Shown: piece by piece, positions 54,102-64,000 of the stretch | Numbering within the stretch: the first letter of the stretch is position 1 | Layout: the number at the start of each line of letters is the position of its first letter | From: Saccostrea cucullata | Lineage: Eukaryota | Direction of reading: 5' to 3' | Assembly (NCBI RefSeq): GCF_032062105.1 | Contig: NW_026925998.1 | Coordinates: forward strand, 806,001-870,000 | DNA: 64,000 nt | Position numbers and translations under genes: made by a program | Notes under the pieces: model-generated | Seen by the model: only the letters and a program-made list of their open reading frames with translations | Database searches by the model: none | Told to the model about the DNA's origin: nothing

Positions 54102-55379
54102 ATGATGAGGATAATATTCCTTTCCTTGTGTGTGGCAGCAGTACTCGTTAACTGTGATGAAAGCTACTCTGATGATAGAAACGAGGATGATTATAATGGA
54201 GCAACGTATCAACCAAATGGTAAGTTAAATGATTCTGAAGCTGTTGGGTTTAAGGCTTACAAGAGCATTAGCTTAGAATACTTAAATACTTTTTCGGATG
54301 ACAGATTATATATTTTGATGTACAATTAATTAGATTAAGTATTAAAGAAGGAATACTTACTCTCCCTTTGTACCTGATCCCATCTCTGTTTATGCCCTGT
54401 TCACTAAATTGTAAATCTTTTTTTTTGTTCGATCTCTTTTAGCTATCTTTACCTTTTTATTTTACTAGGACGTTGCTGCAATAATGTCTTGTATCAGGCA
54501 TGATAAAAATTGTAAATAAATATATTTTCGGTTATCCTTCCTTGATATAAACTATATTCCATTTTTTAGTATGAAAAAAATATGAAAGAAGTATGTTTCA
54601 GAGTAAAATAAAAATATATTGTGTGGTGGTGAAATTGTAAATGGTTATGGAATAGAAATTTTTTTTTTTATTAGTTTTCGTTACAATATTAAATATTCTT
54701 ATTTTACCATCAATTGGTATCTAAAATTAAACATGAAAATAAATATACATAGTGTTTCACAATATATGTGGCACATCTAAAGACAGATAGATAAATGACA
54801 ACTAAAGCTTATATACAAAACCACAGTAAAGTATTGCAGAGTTTGCTCTATGTATTACATTTATTCAAAAGTATTCACATATAAATATAGACATTTACTT
54901 AAAATTTTGAGATATCTTTCTTTTTTTTAATTTTTCTCTTATTGTTCTTAAATTTTGTTGCTTTTATATCTTCTGTAGCTCCAACAGATTTGCCATTTGT
55001 GAGATGTAAGTATTTATTATTTCTTTTCTTAAGTTTCTAGCATTTATAAAAATAATATATATAAATTTATTTGTGAACGTTTTACACAATCAAGATTGGA
55101 TCTTAGAGACAAAAATGGTATTTTAATTAAGAGTTTATCTTAATACTTTGGCCAAATCACCATCTTACATTTTAGTTACTCATTAAAAGGGTAACCTTTA
55201 AACAATTTATCATATCTAGTTACTGGTAACTCTTTTAACCTATGTTTTAAAAATAATTTTATTTTTCTTCTCTTTTTCTCGTAACAGTTGACTTCAACGA
55301 CTCACTCTGTGCTTTCTGTGATTACATTTACGACTTCGTAGCTCGGAGGCGGTGTAGAATACAATATTGCGCATTCTAG
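54102..55379 (+). CDS. Secreted four-cysteine peptide gene D (78 aa); exons 54102-54219, 54979-55005, 55288-55379
   Basis: MMRIIFLSLCVAAVLVNC (signal) DESYSDDRNEDDYNGATYQPN/APTDLPFVR/FDFNDSLCAFCDYIYDFVARRRCRIQYCAF*. Both donors are GTAAGT, acceptors are strong, both introns phase 1; AATAAA at ~55705. Confidence 0.9.
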
Positions 55380-57339
55380 TAGTCATCCCAAAAGCACATC
55401 TTCATCAGCTTTGATTTTTTCTGTCTCAAATTAAAATGTAGTATTTTGATTCAAAACCTAGGGAAAATATATTAGAATATCACGAATAACAAAAAGGTAG
55501 TAGTTGGCTGTATATTTTTGTACACATTGATGCTGATGTAGTAAAGAAATTGAGATCCTTGATTTTGACTTCTTTTTTTTTTTTTTTAAATGTCCAAATT
55601 AAAGCTAAGAACATCATTCTTGTTACACAGATATCATGTTTACATAAATATTTCTATGTCTTTTTTTAATTTATGCAAATTTCTATTGGTTTTTTTCTAC
55701 TTCCAATAAATATATATCTTACGAAGTATTTACTTTTTTAAACTCTCATTTGATATGAGTCTGTACCAATTGCTGTTTGCTAAGAAAAAATCCAAAGAGT
55801 TTTATCAATATTGGACTTTTACAATTAAGGAGCGCTAACATTTACAGTTGACGGCTTACTTTCACACTAGAATTATTTATGGACGATATTAATTTTGCGA
55901 TGTAAATATTTAGGACAAAATAAACTTCAACGAGTAAAACATTAAATATCAAAGAACACACATGTATAAGTTGTCCTTGAAGAAAAGGACACCATCTAAC
56001 CCTCAACTCCCGGCCTTCACATGTAAGTGCCCATAACACTATACCTATGACCTTTAGAAAGGTTTTCTTATGTATTGGCATTTCTGTTCCACCGTGCATG
56101 ATACTATTGTAAATGTACAAGTAAACCATCAACTGTTAAAGTCAGTGTTCCTCGCAAAAGCCCATTTGGGCAGTCTCTGTATAGTATATATAGATAGTAT
56201 ATATAGATAGTAAGACATCAAAATTTATGATGTATTTTTCCCCGTTTTTTTTTAAACAAGCATAAAAGGCTGTAGAAATATATAGGTGGGATGCATGTAT
56301 AACGGTTGTCCTCTATGTCATTTTAGTTTAAGAGCAGTCATTTTTATCCACTACTCCTCCTGTTTCACAAAATGATTTTTAGGAATGTCAGCTAATTTTA
56401 GGTACATTGCGTATATTTCCTATTTGGGATTTGGGTTGATTCAAAAGTGGAGTTTCACACAACATAACATGAAATTTTATTTTTTATGATAATATTGGCG
56501 GTATCCATATTTAATGTATTATCCTCTTCTTTCGATGAATAAAAGTTAATTATACTCTCATAGAATGCATGGTATCATTGTTATACTTATAAATAAAAAA
56601 AAACTGTAAAACATTGTAACCTGGTCGAGCACTTTCTGAGTGCAATTGATATACAGTATTCCTAAATAAAGGTGTGTATACTAGTATTTTCTTGAAGGAA
56701 ATAATAAGTAAGATTCCCCCTCTTTTATACATCTGATCTAAAACCCTGATCTTTTCATAGGTCCACGTTGGCCTTGATCAAAATATGTATTTGTTTATTA
56801 GACTTTTAATATTGTTACAGGTGGTTTTTGTTCATTATCTTTGCAAATCATCTCGTTACGATGATGAGTAAGAAATTACTCCTACCATACTTTTAAAACG
56901 TGTATTCCCGATTAATCCTGTTCCTATTTCCTGTTATGTACATGTACATGAATTAATTCTGAAAACAGGATATCTATTTGTATTCTTAATTATATTCTCA
57001 GCTACTTGTACATCTTTTGTTTTAATTACATTTATCAAGAACTAACTCATGTTTTTTTCTAAATGCTAATGGAGTTAATGAGGGGAAAGCAACATAAAAA
57101 TTAAATGCAGAATTTTAAAATTGTTTTATCAGTAACTGCCCGTACCTTATTCTGTGAAACCTAACAATTAGTTTGAAGATCGTTAAAAAAAAAAAAGATT
57201 TCCTCTTCATCATCAAATTATTTTCAAAAGATTCAAGATCAACACATTTTTTTTTATCTAAAAACATTTATTATCTCAAGCTGTAAAGGTTTCTACCGAT
57301 GAAATACACAGAGATAATACCAGCATACAGTATACAGTA

Positions 57340-57545
57340 TACAACAGTATTCAAGATCAAAAGACGATACCTAATCGGAGCAGAGCAAAAACGTACCTCC
57401 AAAATCTCAGAGGTGGGATCAGGTGCTATGAAGGAGTGAGCATCCCCTGTCAACCGGTCACTTCCACCGTGTACTGCTTGTCATTATCGGGGAATTACGA
57501 CAAAATTCGATGTCAATTCAGTGTGTGAATAATGAACTAACAATA
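57340..57545 (-). mobile_element. Penelope-like 3' fragment
   Basis: TCAGAGGTGGGATCAGGTGCTATGAAGGAGTGAGCATCCCCTGTCAACCGGTCAC. Confidence 0.8.
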
Positions 57546-58098
57546 AATTTAATTAATTAAATTTATTTAATTTTAATTAGATAGAACTCATGTTAGCCCG
57601 ATTTTAAAAGTAACATGTTTTATCAGGACGGAGAACGCTTTACAACGTTGCAACGTCAAAAACATCATTAAGAACTTTTCTCAATATCACTCTTAATCAT
57701 TAAATGGTCCAGTGCTGTATTCTCCAATATTTCAAGTTTAAGACTACACCATGTATTTCCTTCAAATGTACATCGCATATTGCTACAAAACCTCAAATTA
57801 TAAGAAAGCTTTAAAAAGCCTAGATATCGAATATCTGAATCAAAGTCCATTTTTCGTTTGTTTGAACATAAAACAAAATAGCAATCAAATAAGGATTTTA
57901 ATACTCAGTATTAGAATTGTAAGATTTGATGTCTCTTACTTAACGTGGTCGCACTGGATTTCCATGTTCATATTTGTGTAAAATCCTGTTGACGTCCTGT
58001 CTGAAATGACTAATTATATATTTTAATTGCTAATTAAACTTAAGCTTTTTATCACAGATAAATATATATAATCTTCACGTTAGTCTTAAACTTCAAAC

Positions 58099-60978
58099 AT
58101 GAAGTTAGGTTCCATTTCTTTGCTTGCGATAATTATTTTTCTATTAGTGGTAGAAACCTTTTGCGTGCAGAGAAGACAACGAAACCGTGTCAAGCATCAT
58201 GGTGCTCGAGGACTAAAAAGCAAGCAAAAAACTCGTAACAGAGGTAAGCCAACTTTAAGGTTACGCTCTTATGATAAGTAAAATACCGTGGAAATAGGCC
58301 CAGGGCCATAAAACTTACAGGAGATCAACTTCGATCTCCGCCTCACTTTTAACAATATATTTCTTTTGTGAAATGAAATATAGGGAAATAACAAACAGTA
58401 TTCAAGCTCAAAAGTCCATCTATTACAAAATAGGAAGGGACCAAACACAGACTTCCAGAACATCAGAGGTGTGATCAGAAGCAATTGAGGAGTGAGCATC
58501 TCCTGCCGACTGTTCACACCCGCTGTGTGTTCCTTGTCATGATCAGAAAATAACGGCAAAATTCATGGACAACTCAGTTTTTAAATAATGGCCTATAAAT
58601 TTGTATGAAAAAACGTCAGTAAGCATCTGGCTAAATGATAAATTGTATTTACTGACAATGACATTGTATAGACAATAGATCTTACGAAATCTTAAACGAG
58701 ACTGCTGATATTCTAGTTTCATCATTTTGTTTGTCAATAATTTACTTCGCATTAGTAATTGTACATCAGTTGAGCATGTATTTACGTATAGAATCAGCTG
58801 AGAGTTATTAACCCCGTATGCTGGTGAGAAGGTGATGAAGGTATACTGCTACATAAGTAAGGGATTTTGACGATTGAAAACTTAAAGTCATTGCATTTAT
58901 CATAATGTTTGATTGTTAGATTACTATTAACATTTTTTCAGTAAAAAATGGAAATATGAAACAGATGTGTCAGACTCTTTGGCTTTGGTGTCTATTTATC
59001 TCAAGCTCATAAGATTTGAAACAACCACTGTTAATTGAGAATATGATATCGTCGATATGAAAGTTGGACTTAAAGTTGGATTTAATTTTTGTAAAACATT
59101 TAATTGTTGGCATTGTATGACTTCGGAGATAATTTTAATTTCAATTTTTTTCAATGTTAAATAGAAATATAATGTGAGCTTACAAAGAAAACGCGTTACC
59201 CAACGTATTCATTTTGCGCTATCAAAACGGACTTGATAACAATTACGAAACAGGTTTTATCGTTAACTCTTCAGAAAAAAGATTACCACTTGAGGGAAAA
59301 ATTGTAGCTTTATTTTATATGAATCATTTTATGTATTCTATTGCTTATAGGCAAGCTCACCGCAGCTTGTTTTTGCTAATTTTGTGCAAGTCAAATAAAA
59401 CACTTTCATAAAGATGAATTATGTCATTTATTAAAATGACGGTATAAATGTGAACAATTTATCAAACAAGAAGGGGATCAGACTTACAAGCTTTGATTAT
59501 CAGTTACGTAAGATATGATAATGTCTTATCCCTCAAAATGACTAGGAAAAAGTATCTGTAAAACAAGACAATCAAAACATCATACGAAAAAGTTAGCAAA
59601 AAAATGGCACACCAAAACAAAATAGGCCACAAGATATGACATGTAAGTCATATCTATGTGATATGTGATATGCAGATCACATCCATGCCATCCAAGGTGA
59701 GCTTGCACACAAAATGAATTCTATATGGAAGCAGTTAATCACTGGCCTATCCATACATTGCATCTCAAAGGAATAAAATAGAAATCTACCTATTATTATT
59801 CCATAATCAAAGTTTACACGAAAATGTAGTTATATGTAATACAACATGAAGGAAGTACATATATCTAACGGAAAGATTTTAAACTTTATTATTTCAGGTC
59901 TTGGAGTTAAACCGAGATTTAGACTTACTTGTAAGTATAGATGAAATGTCAGATGATATTCTTTCATGCAGGTAATAAAGCACATACATGTGTACCCATC
60001 CTTAAAGTTTAAAGAGTGGTCAATTACTTTGATTGCTACCAATGAAAGATTTACTATCGGAAGAAGCTCTAAATTCATTTAATTTGATTTGATTTAGTAT
60101 TTACACATGAAACACATTATACTTTTTTGGAGCTAAGAAGCCGAAAAGCACAAGTACGATGATTTACGGGCCAACTCACTTGGCAGTGACTTTGGGGCGT
60201 TGAGGCCATGTCCTTGTATCCTTCGAACAAGACCGTATAAACTGCATCGCAGTAGATACTGGCACGAAAAAAATCCCTCAGTGCATGCTCAGTCAATAGC
60301 CTTAAGTGCAAATTACAGGTCAAATTTTTACATCCCTCCACTGGCAAGTGGTGGAGTCTTCATATCGGTAAAAATGAGAAATCTATTTGAACATCTACCT
60401 ATGAGCTAGGGCAAAAATTAAATCAACTTCGAAGAGTCTTGTTGATTTGTCTACTTCTTAGCACTCTGTCATTAATTTACATATACGTTTTGGTTTGTTA
60501 AAAACACTGGACACTCTGTAAAGTTTTAATAGTGTCATTTTTTATAGTTTCCTTTTCATTAACAGGACATAAGTGTGCTTTTATGTCACATAAAAATTAA
60601 CTTTCGTAAATTTCGATTATTAGATTTTCGGTGGGTTATGACTCTTTCCAAAGGGTGTGAAAGAGAAGAAAGACTTAGAGGGGCACATTTCTCTTAGAAT
60701 CAATAAAGAAGCTTAGTCATAAAATGATATGTGATAAATTTTAAGTAAAATGTTGTTATTCTGAGCAATTACACCCAATCAAATATACAGCAAAAAGTAA
60801 TTATTCTGAAAACTCAAATTATATTTCATATGCACATTGTAAAGTTGTTTTAGAAAGTTTTGTTCAAGTATTTTGAATAAAAAAATTGTTTTTCTGCATT
60901 TCAGCTACTGCACAGATTGGTGATATGTTCTGTGGCTATTGTCGTACCAAAACGTGCATACGAAAGTTTTGTGGATGA
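58099..60978 (+). CDS. Secreted, strongly cationic four-cysteine peptide gene E (83 aa); exons 58099-58243, 59898-59930, 60905-60978
   Basis: MKLGSISLLAIIIFLLVVETFC (signal) VQRRQRNRVKHHGARGLKSKQKTRNR/GLGVKPRFRLT/STAQIGDMFCGYCRTKTCIRKFCG*. GT-AG phase-1 introns; GDxFCxxC start and C-I-x3-C end as in genes A and B. Confidence 0.87.
58375..59060 (-). mobile_element. Penelope-like 3' fragment in intron 1 of gene E
   Basis: KLLTNKMMKLEYQQSRL...NVIVSKYNLSFSQMLTDVF plus the 3' UTR and degenerate RT upstream. Confidence 0.82.
60185..60385 (+). mobile_element. Degenerate SINE copy in intron 2 of gene E
   Basis: GACCGTATAAAC...CTGGCACGAAAAAAATCCCTCA...GGTCAAATTTTTACATCCCTCCACTGGCAAGTGGTGGAGTCTTCATAT. 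Confidence 0.65.
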
Positions 60979-61442
60979 CATTTGTATATATATACATGTA
61001 TTTATTGACACTATTAATATTATTGTGGTAAATTATTATGTTTTTGTATCAATAATCACGTGTATTGTCCGATTTAAACTTGTTTAACTTTATTTATCTC
61101 ACAAATACAATTTCATATTGATTATTTTTGTACTCTATTTCCTTTCAAAGAGTGTATGTTGGGAGCCTGTTCAGTGCTCCTGGAAGACTGAATATTTAGA
61201 CCTGTGTTATGATCAAGAAGAATCCCCTTTGAAAAAGTCACATCGGCCCCTTCTTTCTTCAGACTTTGTCTCGTTTTAGAAATTATTCCTATGCAAAGCA
61301 TATTTTTGTTTATCGAATCAAATGGGAGACATTAACTCAGTATGTAAGTGATTATTGCTTAGTGTTACATTCAAAAGAAGTTGTAACGTTTATTATAAAG
61401 CAATACCTTACACAATGGACATACTTACTTTGGAATTTTCTA

Positions 61443-61758
61443 TTACACCCCCGCTTGAAAAGCGTGAGGGTATATAGAAGTCGGGATGACCGTCCGTCTG
61501 TACGTCTGACCGTCCGTTCGTCCGTCTGTTACACTTTTGGTACCCATCTCTTATCCGCTACTCCTCTCATAAGCACTGAATGAAATATGATGAGATTTTC
61601 TCAGAATCTTTATTACATATTGTCATTGTGACCTCCTATTTTACTGTTTGATGCGACACATATTTTGGGTTTCCCATAACAAAACATGGACACATTATAT
61701 TAAAATTGGTGATGGGGGTATCATTTAGTGAGCTTATTGTTCACAATACCTCTAGTCT
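61443..61758 (+). mobile_element. HINE/DINE-1-like non-autonomous Helentron
   Basis: 5' TTACACCCCCGCTTGAAAAGCGTGAGGGTATA hairpin, (CCGT/CTGT)n tract, and 3' GGGGGTATC...GTGAGC...TCACAATACCTCTAGT. Confidence 0.75.
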
Positions 61759-64000
61759 TAATTCTGTATTGCTACAATAAATAGCTTCATAGCCTTTATT
61801 TTTTTCATGCTTGATTGCTTTCTTGACATATGAATGTATATAATTCAATGAGTAGTAATACGAGGGCATTAAATAATTAATATTTTACCAAAATGCTTAA
61901 TTTATCATCAAATAAGTCTGATTTGAGTGGTTTGTCAGTTGAGGTGGTATTCACCTCCTTAATGAAGGGGTTTATTTATAAAAAGATTATAAAAAGAAGT
62001 ATCATTATACTTCTCTTTGTTTATTTTCAAACCCTTATGTCTTAGATAACTTTGAGACATATATTATGATCCGTACTGTTTCAATAAATCTTCAAAAATA
62101 AAAGTTGTCAGCTGCAAAATGAAAAAAGTATATGACAATTCATTTGTATTGCAGTTGAGTTCAAAACTAGCAAGGATTAGCACTTTTCTATTTTATTTCT
62201 ATATTCAAACAAGTAATATTTCTTTGAACCATATCAAAAAAAAATTAAATAAAAAATAATCGATAAACCATCTTAAAGTCAGTATTCGTGTAGGCTACTT
62301 AACATTTCTGAATAAATTTGTTTTGAAATTCTTTGAGTTCAATTTTGTTTTTCATGGCATCTTTGCAATCCATTTTTCTTCCTCTACTTATATATATTGA
62401 TTGGTATGAAAGGCTTTACATGTTTTGTTTTCAATTTGCAATAAGTTTGAGGGGGGAAACATTTACATGCTGAATCAAAGAAGCTCACTTTATAACCACA
62501 AACCAACTTCTTGCAAGGTTTTGTGTCGGTTTTTAAAATAAGAAGTGTTGAAAAAAAAATTCATTACGATAAATTAACTTTGAACTTTCTTGTGTGTAAT
62601 TTTCTGGGTCCTTGGTGTAAGATTTCTATAACTGTAACGTAACCGAAGATATATGCCTTATCAACGTAACGGAATAGTCGGTATCAAAATTATTATAAAA
62701 TCATGTTCTTTAAGTGTGATGAAACACATCAGTCAAAATATGATACATTGAGATGTTGTAATGGCAAATAAATTCATTATAACGACCATATCAATTGAAA
62801 ATACTTAAAAATAGCATGGTTGTATGAACCTAATAACGTCAATTTATTTGTCAAAACGCAGCCTGATTTTAAAATTAATATAATCATAACCTGTTTTGAT
62901 TACCCTTTTTATGTTTTGAGACATTAACATTAGATGCAGATGATAAAATTAACTAGGTGGCAAGTTAAAAGTATCTTACACAGATTTTAGGCAATTCTTT
63001 GAAGTAAGAAAAGTCAATGCTCTTTTAATACTTTCCTGGCTGATACGACCATTGAAATGACAATATTTACATTCGCTTATGTTTCCCTTATATAACACTA
63101 CTGAAAGCAATGCATATCTATAACCGTATATATTTATATTCGCTGTGCTTTTCTACTAAGCCAACTGTAAAACTGATTTGAATACCATTTTCGTGTATAC
63201 CCAAGCGTAGAAATATACACGAAGAAACTGGCGTTAACGTGACGTCACAATGAGGCTACAGCGACATTAGTAAACATGCAACTATATAGGGCAGCGAGAA
63301 AATTCAAGTTTTGAGTATATTTTTGGTGCTTTTAAACATGTAAAATGTTAATCTAAAGATTGTTTTTAAATTTAGTGTGAATTATTAGTGTGTAAATCAC
63401 ACAGACTTGCAGGTAGGCAGGATTTAGGTTTAGTTTTTCCATAAAATGACACTGTTCATATACCAGTTAACTGACCAAGTTCCAATGTCTGATTTTAACT
63501 GTCATGCAATTTGAAGTAGAGATTTGGTGCTATCATTTTATAGGAAAAAGTTCCCTTTGAGTGCTTGTCTTAAAAACAGTTTAGGGAGTCCTCATTTTAA
63601 GCTGTCAAAGAATATAATGACAGCTTCTTGTTTTTGTATAATTATGTTCCTGTTTTATCTATGATATATCTGTATCGTAAATGCATTTACTTGTATTTTA
63701 TGCATTCGCTTCCCGTTCAAGTATAACAAAAATCACTTTTTCCATGACTTCTAATTAACTTTATCGCAACCTCTTATTTTCCAAAAAATGTATTTGATAT
63801 AACTTTTTTTCTAAAAATTATGGTTATTATTAATTCAGAAGTTTACATTTTCAACACTATTTCTTAAGCAGTATAATTGTAAGTCATGACTTCGGTACGG
63901 AAGAAAAAGATATATAAGTCTTGCTTTTTCATTATACTATACTGCTATCACCATGCACACAAAAAGGAGCATTCTACTTTTGATATCTCTCTTGATAACA

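Noticed and set aside
14490-59060. Hammerhead ribozyme or selenocysteine/SECIS signals in the Penelope-like copies
   Set aside because: I could not identify a CUGAUGA/GAAA core with supporting stems or conserved in-frame TGA codons; the copies are too degraded to claim either.
22785-60978. Shared transposons as the cause of the peptide gene duplications
   Set aside because: The paralogues are unalignable outside the last exon while the repeat copies remain similar and sit at non-equivalent positions, so the insertions post-date the duplications.
63100-63300. TGACGTCA CRE-like site or start of another gene
   Set aside because: It looks like a common repeat fragment (TTCGTGTATA...TATACACGAA hairpin, GTGACGTCACAAT also at ~30620); no associated exon was found before the window end.

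Overview
AT-rich eukaryotic genomic DNA, most likely from a bivalve mollusc (oyster family). This is inferred from the repeat families: tRNA/Meta-type SINEs, Penelope-like RT fragments, a Helentron-like element with a ~166-bp satellite, and TTAA-flanked MITEs. Left part: a minus-strand kelch-repeat gene (3 coding exons visible, runs off the left edge) lies head-to-head with a 12-exon plus-strand DTHD1-like gene (~1645 aa; huge charged N-terminal exon, ZU5/UPA-like middle, two C-terminal death domains). Right part (22.8-61.0 kb): a tandem, co-oriented cluster of five small three-exon genes that the ORF track shows only as first exons. Each encodes a signal peptide, a highly divergent charged spacer, a frame-preserving micro-exon, and a last exon with a shared four-cysteine module, C-x2-C-x11-C-x4-C (x4 instead of x11 in the fifth gene). 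All introns are phase 1. I do not recognise this secreted peptide family, and it is the main finding. The rest is dense, partly nested transposon debris plus one assembly gap. All gene models were assembled by eye from GT-AG junctions and frame continuity; repeat boundaries without TSD/TIR support are approximate.
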